Assembly: GCA_965650135.1 (NCBI GenBank)
Contig: CBFGNC010000015.1
Span: 22,585 to 86,584 of the forward strand
From: an uncultured Fluviicola sp.
GTDB taxonomy: Bacteria > Bacteroidota > Bacteroidia > Flavobacteriales_D > Crocinitomicaceae
Direction: 5' to 3'
Length of the DNA: 64,000 nucleotides
Positions 47,228 to 57,509 of the stretch are shown here, piece after piece. Positions within the stretch are counted from its first letter, which is position 1. Every line of letters starts with the position of its first letter. Position numbers and translations under genes: made by a program. The notes below the pieces were generated by a model. The model saw only the letters and a list, made by a program, of their open reading frames with translations. It was not told where the DNA came from and did no database searches.

Positions 47228-48840
47228 AAGATGATAAAGAACATATCGACAAATTGTTCGAGTCATTAAATGACCGTCAGTTCGATATCCCGGAAGCTTT
47301 CCTGGAGGATTTGAATAAGCGTTTGGACAATAATGAACCGAAAAAGAGAAGATTTTCCCTTTTGTGGTTCTTATTACCCGCTGTCTCACTCGGGGCAATC
47401 GCTCTGATTTATTTCCAAGGTTTTGATTCATCAGAAGTAAAGACTACTCTTAATCGGGCAAATAAAACAATTGCAAAAGATGAACGCAAGGAAGATCTGA
47501 AAACGGAAGACACGATCCTTTTAAGCGAGCCGGATCAAAAGAACCAATCCCCGGTTGATTCGGTTTCTACTCCAACGATTGACAACAGTTTACCTTCAGC
47601 GAAGCAAGTTCAAGTTGAAAAGAAACAATTTAAAGTATCAGAAAAGGGAACGAGCCAAAATAGTTCTTCCAACAAGATTAAATTGAGCCAAAAAACCTTT
47701 AAAGCCAAAAAGAACGAAATCAGGAAACTTTCACTTTCCAAAACACTAAAAACCGAAAACGGAAAATCACATACTGCAATCCATGCGAAAAAGCCCTCAA
47801 AACTGGTGAAATCACATGCAAATGGAGCACTTCGGAAGCCGGTTAACATCAAGACGCCAAGCTCTCAAAAGAAAGAGCAGAATGTATTGAATCCAAGTAT
47901 TGATGAAAAAAAGACCCAGGATAAGAGTACAACAACTTTAATTCCTGATCCGTCCGGCAATATTTCATCAACAGCAAAACAGGACGATAAAGAACATACT
48001 AAAGAACCTGTCCAGGAAAAAGAAACCGATTCGTCAATCACTCAAAACACGGTTGATACGACCAAGCAAATTAGTTCAATTCAACCTGAAAAAGATGCAT
48101 CCACACCAAAACCTCCAACGAAAAATTGGAAAAAAGAAATCCAGGTTTTTGCCGGATTGGGAGGAAACAGCATACACGACATTCCGAAAAATTCAGAGTA
48201 CCTGGCAAAAATCAAGCAAAATCAGCACACGATTCTTGCTCCGTCTTTCGGTGTAAATGCGAACTTCTCTTATAAAAAATTCACGTTCGGATCGGGAATT
48301 CATTACGAACAGACCGGAGAAAAATTCAAAGTAGACATTAAAAGTGCCGAATTAAAAGATTCCACCTACTCCGAGTTTATCCAGGATTCGATTTGGGTTC
48401 AGGACACTTTAGGAAACTGGATCGAGATTCCTCATGACACCACTATTTATTATACGGTTCAATACATAGATTCGGTATCATCTGCCCAATCATTTCAAAA
48501 TCGCTACTCCTGGATTTCAATCCCGATTCATTTCGGTTACCGGTTCGAATTGGGAAATTACGAACTGATTCCACGACTGGGAGCTTCTATCAACATGGGA
48601 ATTAGGCAAGGAATGGGGACTTATCCGAACGCTTCATTTAATAATTCAAGTCATTACAAACCGGTCAAATTCAACGTCTCCTATTTCATTGAACTGGAAG
48701 CCAGGAGGAATTTTGATAAGTGGTTTGTCTTTGTCAATCCTTACTTCCGTTCGATGATTACCCCTGGAGTTTCTGGTGATGTTATACGAAGAAGGTATTC
48801 TTCCTGGGGAGTGCAATTCGGGGTCGGCTTTAAGTTTTAA
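47224..48840 (+). CDS. putative anti-sigma factor fused to a C-terminal outer-membrane beta-barrel-like domain
   Basis: Its ATG overlaps the sigma stop (ATGA). It has a short cytoplasmic N-terminus, one TM helix (FSLLWFLLPAVSLGAIALIYF) and a K/S/T/P/Q-rich linker of roughly 230 aa. The last ~240 aa have alternating beta-strand patterns and end GVQFGVGFKF. Confidence 0.5.
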   Translation: MKDDKEHIDKLFESLNDRQFDIPEAFLEDLNKRLDNNEPKKRRFSLLWFLLPAVSLGAIALIYFQGFDSSEVKTTLNRANKTIAKDERKEDLKTEDTILLSEPDQKNQSPVDSVSTPTIDNSLPSAKQVQVEKKQFKVSEKGTSQNSSSNKIKLSQKTFKAKKNEIRKLSLSKTLKTENGKSHTAIHAKKPSKLVKSHANGALRKPVNIKTPSSQKKEQNVLNPSIDEKKTQDKSTTTLIPDPSGNISSTAKQDDKEHTKEPVQEKETDSSITQNTVDTTKQISSIQPEKDASTPKPPTKNWKKEIQVFAGLGGNSIHDIPKNSEYLAKIKQNQHTILAPSFGVNANFSYKKFTFGSGIHYEQTGEKFKVDIKSAELKDSTYSEFIQDSIWVQDTLGNWIEIPHDTTIYYTVQYIDSVSSAQSFQNRYSWISIPIHFGYRFELGNYELIPRLGASINMGIRQGMGTYPNASFNNSSHYKPVKFNVSYFIELEARRNFDKWFVFVNPYFRSMITPGVSGDVIRRRYSSWGVQFGVGFKF

Positions 48841-48936
48841 TTGATTAATTTAAAATCTATAATTGATTATTTTTTAGGCATTTTATTTGTTTCAAGCAAA
48901 CTTTTTTCATACCTTAAATAAGGAAAACGAGAAAAT

Positions 48937-50472
48937 ATGCTAGTAAGAACCTTTGGAAGTGCAGTATTCGGGATTGATGCAACGACGATTACTATTGAAG
49001 TGAATATTGCAAACGGAGTAAATTTCATGTTGGTCGGATTGCCCGATAAGGCCGTTCAGGAAAGTCATCAACGGATCAAGGCAGCTTTAAAGAACAACAA
49101 CCTGAATTATCCGGGAAAAGAAATTACGGTAAATATGGCTCCGGCAGATATCCGTAAAGAAGGATCCACCTTTGATTTGGCAATCGGAATTGGGATATTG
49201 GCGGCTTCCGAACAAATTTCGTCAAGCAAATTGGAAGAATATATCCTTCTCGGAGAATTGTCTCTCGACGGGACCCTTCAATTGATCAAAGGTGTTTTGC
49301 CTATCGTGATGCAAGCCAAAAAAGATGGTTTTAAAGGCATTATTCTTCCCAAACAGAATGAATCGGAGGCAGCAATTGTCGAAGGCTTTGAAGTTTACGG
49401 AATGGAAAACATGCAGGAAGTCATTGATTTCCTGAATGGTTCGAGACCATTTGTTCCTGCAAGTTTCAACATTGAACAGGAATTTCAACGTCAACTGCAT
49501 GAAAATGAAGTGGATTTCAAAGATGTAAAAGGTCAAAGTGGAATTAAAAGAGCTTTTGAAATAGCTGCAGCCGGTGGACACAATGTTATTCTGATCGGAC
49601 CTCCCGGAGCTGGAAAATCCATGCTTGCAAAGAGATTACCCACAATTCTTCCTCCTATGAGTATTGATGAATCACTGGAAACGACTAAAATTCATTCCGT
49701 TGCCGGAAAAATCGGGAAAAATAATGGTCTGGTGACACAAAGACCCTTTCGAAAACCTCATCACACCATTTCAGATGTGGCGCTAGTTGGTGGTGGATCT
49801 TATCCGCAGCCAGGAGAAATTTCGCTTGCACACAACGGAGTCTTGTTCCTGGATGAACTCCCGGAATACAAACGCCAAGTTTTGGAAGTTATGCGACAGC
49901 CATTAGAAGATCGGACTGTTACAGTTTCCCGTGCGCGTTTCTCAGTTGATTATCCGGCCGGATTTATGTTGGTCGCTGCAATGAATCCTTGTCCATGCGG
50001 ATATTACAACCATCCCGAAAAAGAATGTGTTTGCGCTCCGGGAACTGTTCAACGCTACTTGAATAAAATTTCCGGGCCGCTTTTGGATCGCATTGACCTG
50101 CACGTGGAAGTCACCCCTGTTTCCTTTGACGATCTGGCATACAATGCCCCGACAGAAACCAGTGCGGAAATTCGGGAACGTGTCATACAAGCCAGGTTGA
50201 TCCAATTGAAACGTTACCACTATTCCCAAACACACTGCAATGCACAAATGCAACGCAAGGAATTAACCGAATACTGCGAGATTTCTTCAGAAGGAAAAGA
50301 ACTACTGAAGCATGCAATGGACAGATTGGGACTTTCCGCCAGAGCTTATGATCGAATTCTCAAAGTAGCACGAACCATTGCAGATTTAAGTGCAGCTGAG
50401 GAAATTGAAACAGTTCATTTATCCGAAGCTATCCAACTTCGGAATCTGGACCGGGAAAATTGGGCCGGATAA
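48937..50472 (+). CDS. comM: YifB/ComM family Mg-chelatase-like AAA+ ATPase
   Basis: 511 aa with a Lon-like N-domain, Walker A GPPGAGKS and Walker B VLFLDEL. Confidence 0.9.
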   Translation: MLVRTFGSAVFGIDATTITIEVNIANGVNFMLVGLPDKAVQESHQRIKAALKNNNLNYPGKEITVNMAPADIRKEGSTFDLAIGIGILAASEQISSSKLEEYILLGELSLDGTLQLIKGVLPIVMQAKKDGFKGIILPKQNESEAAIVEGFEVYGMENMQEVIDFLNGSRPFVPASFNIEQEFQRQLHENEVDFKDVKGQSGIKRAFEIAAAGGHNVILIGPPGAGKSMLAKRLPTILPPMSIDESLETTKIHSVAGKIGKNNGLVTQRPFRKPHHTISDVALVGGGSYPQPGEISLAHNGVLFLDELPEYKRQVLEVMRQPLEDRTVTVSRARFSVDYPAGFMLVAAMNPCPCGYYNHPEKECVCAPGTVQRYLNKISGPLLDRIDLHVEVTPVSFDDLAYNAPTETSAEIRERVIQARLIQLKRYHYSQTHCNAQMQRKELTEYCEISSEGKELLKHAMDRLGLSARAYDRILKVARTIADLSAAEEIETVHLSEAIQLRNLDRENWAG

Positions 50473-50483
50473 AAAAAGTGGGG

Positions 50484-52661
50484 CTACTCTTTAACGAAAC
50501 TCAAAGTAACCGTTCCAGTTTCAGTTTGGATTTTAAGGAAATACATTCCCTTCTTAAGCTCTGAAATATCAATCGTATCTTCATTCAACTGAGGTTCGAT
50601 GACCTTTCCATCCAATGAGATTATAGACAAAATTGAGATCGGCAGATCATCCATGTTCAAAATGTGTAAATCAGTTGAAGTTGGATTTGGATAAAGCACA
50701 AAAGGAGTCACCTTAGTGTTTTCGTCTATTGAAAGTGTATTTAAAGCCAGTTTAACCGCAGCATAAGCATTGATTTTCCCCATTCCCCATTTGGTATCCC
50801 CCGGAGCTACAATGTTACCCGTATAATTATCCAATCGAGCGGTAGTTTTAATGATATCCTTGACCTGCTGACTTGACAAATTCGGGTTTGCATCGAGGAT
50901 CAGGGAGACAACTCCTACCACGCATGGTGTAGCCATTGATGTTCCTGAAAGCCTTGCAAAATCGTAATTCTTGTTATTGAAAGTTATTGTAGCAATCGCC
51001 GTGTATGCCGCATCTGTATAGGATGAAATGGAAGAAGCAACATTTACACCCGGTGCAGCAATATCGGGTTTCATGGTTCCGTTGTGCAAAGGCCCGATAC
51101 TTGTGAATGATGCCGGCGCACCTCCGATTGTATTTCCCGAAGTTGTTACATAACTGGAAGAATAAGCCGCAACTGTTATCACACTGTTCGTGCAACCCGG
51201 TTCACCGATTGCATAAAACGAATCTCCCGTAATTCCATTTGCTCCGTAAGTAGTGAAGGTTTGACCGAAATTACCTGCACCATTTGTCAGTTCAGGAAGG
51301 TTCCAATAGTGAACGGTTCCATCAACTGCCGAACCGTTAAGAATAATCCGATTGTTGGCATTTAAGGAACGGATGCGAATCTGCATTCCGGGTTTCCCAT
51401 TTAATGGATTCGCGGTTTCTGATGAAATATTGAAAACAATCGTGTCATTTCCAGCAACAAGAATGGAATCCAGGTATCCGGTAGTAGATGTCGAGTAATA
51501 GGGACTCGTAACCAATAATGTCCCAACATTATTATAAACCGAAATTTTGTTGGAAAAGTTGTGCCCCTGTTCTCCCCACGCCGTAATACATTCACCCCAC
51601 ATGGCGGGATTGGCAGCATACGAATAAAAACCAACCCATGAATTAAAGAAGTTATTGTTGAACGTCTTCTTGATATGGAAATTCGTTCCATTATTATTTC
51701 CCGCAGCACCAACAAAAACAACCTGATTTGTCCCGCTCAATTCATCAATCGCCTCGGAAAGCAATGAGAAACCATCCAAACTTCCCATTTGATTGTAATA
51801 AACTCCCCAACTCATATTTACAACCAATCGTTTTCCGGCAGCTTCAGCTTTGTCTTTCATCCAGACAAAAGCATCAATTGCCGAGGCCTGATCAATGTAA
51901 AATGTCGCAAACAAATATTGGGATTCAAAACCAAATCCGCGGAAAACAGATCCTGCACCACTTCCTCCTGCAATGCCTGCAACATGAGATCCGTGGGTAT
52001 GATGACTGTAAATGTTTGATGTATCTGTTTCTGCAGTTGCCAATTCCAACGGAGTATCGTATTCAACTCCGTACGTTTGACCCACCGGAAGATTTCCAAC
52101 CTGTTTGTATTGATCCCAGGCAGCATAAACTCGCGACTGTGTCAGCAAAGTATCGTAAAACATCGGATGACCATAGTCAAATCCCCAATCCGTCACACCA
52201 ATCAAAATGTCTTTCCCTGTAAAAGCACTAGGTAAATTGATTCCATGCTGAACACTGTCCGCTCGGGTATCTTTTACTGCCTTATCAAGCTGAGGGACTA
52301 TTTTCCCGGGAATTTCCAGGTAGGAATAGAAATCCGAGAAATTGACATCATTCAATCTCTCCAAAGGAACCTTCATCGTAGTAATTTTCCCAATGGAACT
52401 CCCCAAAAGGATGTTGTTTTCAGGAATAATATTCCAATTGCAATTTGGAAGTCTTTTTCCGTAAAGCGAAACATACCAGGTTCCTGAAATTTGGTAAACA
52501 GGAAATGCGTCTACCACCTCCTTACTCGCGCCAACCTCATTCTTGAATGTCTTCGAATAGTGGGTCAATTTGTCCCAACGCATTTTATTTCCGACACTTT
52601 GAGTTTGCGCAAATAAGAAACCGGTTGTAAAAACGAGTGTAAGTAGTAAGATGTGCTTCAT
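50484..52661 (-). CDS. S8 (subtilisin) family serine peptidase with a T9SS C-terminal sorting domain
   Basis: Asp/His/Ser triad contexts are present (VTDWGFD, HGSHVAG, SGTSMATP). The C-terminal ~80 aa are a T9SS CTD (LYPNPTSTDLHIL...GMYFLKIQTETGTVTLSFVKE). The start is trimmed to MKHILLLTLV. Confidence 0.8.
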   Translation of the reverse strand: MKHILLLTLVFTTGFLFAQTQSVGNKMRWDKLTHYSKTFKNEVGASKEVVDAFPVYQISGTWYVSLYGKRLPNCNWNIIPENNILLGSSIGKITTMKVPLERLNDVNFSDFYSYLEIPGKIVPQLDKAVKDTRADSVQHGINLPSAFTGKDILIGVTDWGFDYGHPMFYDTLLTQSRVYAAWDQYKQVGNLPVGQTYGVEYDTPLELATAETDTSNIYSHHTHGSHVAGIAGGSGAGSVFRGFGFESQYLFATFYIDQASAIDAFVWMKDKAEAAGKRLVVNMSWGVYYNQMGSLDGFSLLSEAIDELSGTNQVVFVGAAGNNNGTNFHIKKTFNNNFFNSWVGFYSYAANPAMWGECITAWGEQGHNFSNKISVYNNVGTLLVTSPYYSTSTTGYLDSILVAGNDTIVFNISSETANPLNGKPGMQIRIRSLNANNRIILNGSAVDGTVHYWNLPELTNGAGNFGQTFTTYGANGITGDSFYAIGEPGCTNSVITVAAYSSSYVTTSGNTIGGAPASFTSIGPLHNGTMKPDIAAPGVNVASSISSYTDAAYTAIATITFNNKNYDFARLSGTSMATPCVVGVVSLILDANPNLSSQQVKDIIKTTARLDNYTGNIVAPGDTKWGMGKINAYAAVKLALNTLSIDENTKVTPFVLYPNPTSTDLHILNMDDLPISILSIISLDGKVIEPQLNEDTIDISELKKGMYFLKIQTETGTVTLSFVKE

Positions 52662-52746
52662 AGTTATTTGTTTAAATCCGATATTCGGCAATGGGACAAA
52701 GATAGAATTTTTAGACGAGAGGCCGGTTAATTACAAGTTCGTTCCA

Positions 52747-53451
52747 CTAAACGCCGAAAGCTTTCACCACCAATTCATCGTGTGTGATTGCTTTGTAAGA
52801 CTGTAGCATTTTCGAGCTTTTTTCAATAATCAGGATGCGTGAACAGAATTCAATGCAAAAATCAACATCATGAGAAGCAATAATAACCAACCGATTGCTT
52901 TCTCCGGCGATCTTTCCCAACAAAGACATCACCTCTTTCTTCGTCGGGTAATCCAAAAATGCGGTCGGTTCATCCAATAAAATAATAGGTGTTTCCTGGA
53001 TCAATGCTTTAGCAATTCCTACCCGTTGGCGTTCACCGTCACTCAGCGTGGAAGTCGATTGATCCAAAAGTGAATCCAGGTGAAGGATGTCGATATATTT
53101 CCGGACAATCATTCGATCTTCGGGCGACAACCTGCCAGTAAAGTTAGTGTAGGAGTGTCGACCTAATTCTAAGTACTCACTCACCTTCAGGTAATCAAAT
53201 CCTAAAAAGTGATTGTCAACCAATGTGATTTGATGAGCACGGTCAATCAACTTCAAATCGTTCCAATTTTTGCCTTCAGCAGTTACTTTTCCATTCGGAA
53301 ATCTGCCTTGGATCAAAGAATCCATCAGGGTCGATTTCCCCGAACCATTGGCTCCGATCAATGCAACAAATTCCCCTTGTTCCAAGGTCAAATCCGGAAT
53401 TTCATATAAGGGATTGTCATGCCCTATGCTACAATTTTCGAATTTAAGCAT
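52747..53451 (-). CDS. ABC transporter ATP-binding protein (FecE/BtuD-like)
   Basis: Walker A GANGSGKST, signature LSDGERQR and Walker B ILLDEP. The start is trimmed to MLKFENC, giving an 8-nt overlap with the permease gene. Confidence 0.85.
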   Translation of the reverse strand: MLKFENCSIGHDNPLYEIPDLTLEQGEFVALIGANGSGKSTLMDSLIQGRFPNGKVTAEGKNWNDLKLIDRAHQITLVDNHFLGFDYLKVSEYLELGRHSYTNFTGRLSPEDRMIVRKYIDILHLDSLLDQSTSTLSDGERQRVGIAKALIQETPIILLDEPTAFLDYPTKKEVMSLLGKIAGESNRLVIIASHDVDFCIEFCSRILIIEKSSKMLQSYKAITHDELVVKAFGV

Positions 53452-54421
53452 TGCGGATATTTTTGAGTAAGAGGAACAAGACGATCGGAGCACCAAGCAA
53501 AGCTGTCAAACTATTGATCGGCAAAACCATGATGGGTTCAAAAATGCGAATCAGCAATACGCAAAGTACCATCACACTCGCACCGATTAATCCGGAGGCC
53601 AGGAGCAGATGTCCATGCTGTCCCGTTTTATAAAACATTCTAACCAAATTCGGAACGATCAAACCGACGAATCCGATCGGACCACAAAAAGCGGTGACCA
53701 ATCCGGCCAGCAAGGAAACGACAAAAATGACCTTCCAACGGGTTTGTTTCACCTTCACTCCCAAAATAGCAGCAGGTTTCTCTCCAAGGATCAGAGCATT
53801 CAAAGGTTTTGTCAATAAAAATGCCAGGCCGATTCCTACCAGGAAAAGCATTAGGATCAATGGAATCTGATCGATACTCACCTGCTGCAGAGAACCCATT
53901 CCCCAAATTGAAAAGGCTTTCACGCTGTTGGCATCAGCTTTCATCAGGATAATATTCGTAATTGCGGAAACAAAGGTTCCCAGCATCATCCCTACAAGCA
54001 ATAGGGAAACCATGGAACGGATACGTGTAGCAATCAACAGGATCAGCAATCCAAAGATCAATGCACCAATGGTTGCAGAAATGGTTATTCCCAGATCCAA
54101 TATTTCCAAGCCTAAAACGGAACTTCCCATAATGGTAAGGGCGACCATCAGGTGTGAACCGGCAGTAAGCCCCAGGATAGAAGGACCGGCAAGTGGATTG
54201 TTCAAAGTTGTTTGCAAGAGCAAGCCGGCAATGGAAAGTGCAAATCCGGCAACGATGGCAATAAAGACTTCAGGTATGCGGTAAATCACAAAAAGTTGCC
54301 AAGCCTGTCCATTTTTCGGGTCGAGGAATGAAAACCAGGTGTCATTTCCATGCGGAAAACCAATTGTAATCAAAGTAATCACAATAAACAAGGCAAATGA
54401 CAGGATGTGTTTCTTCCACAT
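53444..54421 (-). CDS. FecCD-family iron/corrinoid ABC transporter permease
   Basis: 325-aa polytopic protein with FecCD-like conserved stretches (SILGLTAGS, GPIGFVGLIVPN). Confidence 0.85.
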   Translation of the reverse strand: MWKKHILSFALFIVITLITIGFPHGNDTWFSFLDPKNGQAWQLFVIYRIPEVFIAIVAGFALSIAGLLLQTTLNNPLAGPSILGLTAGSHLMVALTIMGSSVLGLEILDLGITISATIGALIFGLLILLIATRIRSMVSLLLVGMMLGTFVSAITNIILMKADANSVKAFSIWGMGSLQQVSIDQIPLILMLFLVGIGLAFLLTKPLNALILGEKPAAILGVKVKQTRWKVIFVVSLLAGLVTAFCGPIGFVGLIVPNLVRMFYKTGQHGHLLLASGLIGASVMVLCVLLIRIFEPIMVLPINSLTALLGAPIVLFLLLKNIRNA

Positions 54422-54424
54422 AAA

Positions 54425-55528
54425 CTATTTCAACTGTTTGTAAAAATGTAATTTGCCCGATGTATCATCTTGATTGATCCGGATAAAATCTTCCAGTAAC
54501 CAATGTGGATTCACCTGGCTGTATTCCCAATAATAATTCGGATCATGCATATACCCGTAGACTTTTCCTTCCTTGACAGTGTGGAAATATTTCAATTTTG
54601 AATTCAATTCGAACAGTTTATTCAAAGTCGGCGCCTCTGCATTGATCCACACATCACATGACTGGTCGTCTTTAAAAACCTGTTCCAAACTAAGCGAAAT
54701 ACTTGCTGTACCATCTGTATTCTTATAAAAATAATTCATGTCCGCATCCTTCATGATTCCAGCCATGAACGATTTCCCTGCAGGTGCATACCATACATCT
54801 CCGGCCATTCCTCCACACATCACAGTAAGCTGATTTCGTTTTGCCTCTGCTGCTGATGTGACCTGCTTTCTCAATTCCCGGTAAGATTTAACAACCTTAC
54901 TGAAATAAGCATCTGCTTCTTTGTCCTTGCAAATCAAAGCCCCAAAGACCTTGATCCACTCTGCTTTTCCTAAAGGATGCTTTTCTTCCCAATCGTAGTT
55001 TGCCATACAAACCACACCCAATTGGGCAAATTTATCTTCATTCGGAAATGGCTGACCAAAACCACTGAATACGATGAGTGGAATTTTCGCTTTCAGCACC
55101 GCCTCCGGAGTCAATCCCGTTTCGTAACCTGCAGTAAGCACTTTTCCTGCATTGATTCTTTTCAATAGTTGCCTATTTGAGATATATTGCTGTTCCGTAG
55201 TCGCCCTGATGGTTTTTATGCCATCGATTGCATTCAACATCCCTACAAATGAAGTTGAAAGTGCGGCCATATTTTGAACCGGAACTTCAATTATTTTGAT
55301 ATTTTCAGGTCGTTTCATTTTTGAATTCCGCGGAAACAGTGCATAACGGCTTTCCACTTTCAAAGTCTTCGGATTTTTAATGGTCAACTCTTTATATCCT
55401 ATCTTTTGTTCAATGGAAACTAATCGGGCATATTGAAATCCCTTTACTGCAAAATCGGAATCCGCTTTTTTTGTAGTACATGAGAACAAAAGGATAAATA
55501 ATGAACAGATCAGAAAGGTATTTTTCAT
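54425..55528 (-). CDS. ABC transporter periplasmic substrate-binding lipoprotein (BtuF/FhuD class)
   Basis: Lipobox LLFSCTTKK. Its size and its position upstream of the FecCD and ATPase genes fit this class. Confidence 0.7.
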   Translation of the reverse strand: MKNTFLICSLFILLFSCTTKKADSDFAVKGFQYARLVSIEQKIGYKELTIKNPKTLKVESRYALFPRNSKMKRPENIKIIEVPVQNMAALSTSFVGMLNAIDGIKTIRATTEQQYISNRQLLKRINAGKVLTAGYETGLTPEAVLKAKIPLIVFSGFGQPFPNEDKFAQLGVVCMANYDWEEKHPLGKAEWIKVFGALICKDKEADAYFSKVVKSYRELRKQVTSAAEAKRNQLTVMCGGMAGDVWYAPAGKSFMAGIMKDADMNYFYKNTDGTASISLSLEQVFKDDQSCDVWINAEAPTLNKLFELNSKLKYFHTVKEGKVYGYMHDPNYYWEYSQVNPHWLLEDFIRINQDDTSGKLHFYKQLK

Positions 55529-56148
55529 TTGACAGGGCATTTTGTTTGTTTCATTGATTCAGCTAGTTGCTGATCGTTTGAAGTTCGGGTATTCAGGTCA
55601 GCTATAATGCGATCGAAATCGACTTCGTTTCTGTTTTGAGACAATTTAAAAGCAGCTTCCAGTTTCCCGATTTCGAGTCGGTAACCTACAATTTCCTGCA
55701 TGTATGCATCGATCAAATCTGCGGGCCACTGACTCATTTGCACCTTGTCTTCTCTATTTACTTCGAAGGAATCCACCAACTTTGTCAAATGGTTCTTCAA
55801 TTCCAGTCGGGTCAGCAGTTCTATTCCCCCCGAGACATGAACGGATTCATAATTATACGTCGGAACATTCACATGTGTATAAACCGATGAAGAAATGTAT
55901 CCATGAGATCCCAGGACAATCATTTTCCCCCGAGCTGTTCCAGAAATAGCAGACACAATCGTATTCTCCTTTGCTACGTGGAATTCCAGGTACTTGTCCT
56001 GATTCGCAAATTCAACCGTAAAAGGTATGTGAACGATAGCCGGAATTCCATCAGAACCATTTACAGCCAAAGATCCGAACGGATGCTGTTCCAGAAATGC
56101 CAGGATCAACTCCTGATCTTTCAACTCAAAGTCCTTTGGAATATACAT
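55525..56148 (-). CDS. FMN-binding negative transcriptional regulator, PaiB family
   Basis: The ORF is trimmed to MYIPKDFELKDQELILAFLEQHPFG, a typical PaiB N-terminus. The longer ORF would overlap the divergent helicase start. Confidence 0.65.
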   Translation of the reverse strand: MYIPKDFELKDQELILAFLEQHPFGSLAVNGSDGIPAIVHIPFTVEFANQDKYLEFHVAKENTIVSAISGTARGKMIVLGSHGYISSSVYTHVNVPTYNYESVHVSGGIELLTRLELKNHLTKLVDSFEVNREDKVQMSQWPADLIDAYMQEIVGYRLEIGKLEAAFKLSQNRNEVDFDRIIADLNTRTSNDQQLAESMKQTKCPVK

Positions 56149-56227
56149 AAAGCAAATATACCATTTCAGAATCAACTGCCCTGTCAGGGAATGAGATAAT
56201 TGGGTTAACTTTGTAAAAAACTGTTTC

Positions 56228-57451
56228 ATGTTATTTTCAGATTATCCCATCTCCAAAGAAATCAAAGCTCAATTGGAAGTCTTAGGTTTTAAAAGACCAA
56301 CCGACATTCAATTCAAGGCAATATCACCCATTCTGAATGGAGAAGATGTCTTTGGTATTGCCCAAACAGGAACAGGAAAAACAGCAGCTTTCGCTATTCC
56401 GATCATTCATAAACTGAGTAGCTCAAAAGCAAAATCAAAAAGTCCGAGATGTATTGTGATGGCTCCGACAAGAGAACTCGCAGAACAGATCAAACAAGCA
56501 TTCGAAAGTCTTTCCAAAGGCTCTGATATTCGTATTACTGCCATCTTGGGTGGTTTGGAACAAGATAAGCAGATCCAGGAATTGAAAAGAGGAACGGATG
56601 TAGTGGTTGCAACTCCCGGACGCGTGTTTGACTTACGCTCACAAGGTTACCTTTCATTGGATTCCATCCAGTTTTTGGTTCTGGATGAAGCTGACCGTAT
56701 GCTGGAATTAGGTTTCGCACACGATATGAAGGCAATTCATAAACTTTCTCCTCAACGAAATCGTCAGACCTTATTTTTTTCAGCGACAATTGACAAAAAA
56801 ATCAAGGCTTTAGCATACGATTTGGTGCGGGATGCAATCCGAATCCAGATTTCTCCGAAAGATCCGGTTGCAAAAAACATTGAGCATGGCTACATCAAAG
56901 TCGAAATGGATGATAAACGCTTTTTCCTGGAGAATATCATCAAGGAATATGAAGATTTCAAATACATTGTTTTTGTCCGGACCAAAGTTCGTTGTGAACG
57001 GGTCGTTGCCGCAATGGAACGCGTAGGAATCCATTCCGAGGCATTGCATGGCGATGTGGAGCAAAAGGAACGGTTCAAAGTACTGGAACGATTCCGGTCG
57101 GGCGAAAACAAAGTTCTTATCACTACAGATGTTGCCGCACGGGGAATCGACATCCAGGGCATCGATTATGTAATCAATTACGACTTACCCGATCAGCCGG
57201 AACAGTATGTTCATAGAATCGGGAGAACAGGTCGTGGTGAAAACAAGGGACAAGCGCTTTCCTTCTGCAGTAAAGATGAAGAGAAAATCCTGGAAGAACT
57301 CGAATTGTACCTGGGCTACGATATCGAAGAAATTGTAATCAGCAAGGGAGATTATTCTGCTATTCTGAGAGACACGGAGGATCTGACTTATGATTGGAAG
57401 AAGTTGTTGGATGAAGCCAATGAAGAAGATGGAACCAACGATAGTTGGTAA
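56228..57451 (+). CDS. DEAD-box ATP-dependent RNA helicase
   Basis: Q-motif, AQTGTGKT, DEAD (LVLDEADRM), SAT and HRIGRTGR motifs are all present. Confidence 0.9.
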   Translation: MLFSDYPISKEIKAQLEVLGFKRPTDIQFKAISPILNGEDVFGIAQTGTGKTAAFAIPIIHKLSSSKAKSKSPRCIVMAPTRELAEQIKQAFESLSKGSDIRITAILGGLEQDKQIQELKRGTDVVVATPGRVFDLRSQGYLSLDSIQFLVLDEADRMLELGFAHDMKAIHKLSPQRNRQTLFFSATIDKKIKALAYDLVRDAIRIQISPKDPVAKNIEHGYIKVEMDDKRFFLENIIKEYEDFKYIVFVRTKVRCERVVAAMERVGIHSEALHGDVEQKERFKVLERFRSGENKVLITTDVAARGIDIQGIDYVINYDLPDQPEQYVHRIGRTGRGENKGQALSFCSKDEEKILEELELYLGYDIEEIVISKGDYSAILRDTEDLTYDWKKLLDEANEEDGTNDSW

Positions 57452-57509
57452 TTCGTAATTCAAAAAAAGGCCACCTGATTCAGATAGCCTTCTTTCGTTT
57501 TTATGTTAA

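Noticed and set aside
55529-56227. Looked for a cobalamin or other riboswitch ahead of the BtuF/FecCD importer
   Set aside because: The importer genes are preceded directly by the paiB-like CDS. The only non-coding stretch, about 80 bp at 56149-56227, is too short and has no B12-box-like sequence.
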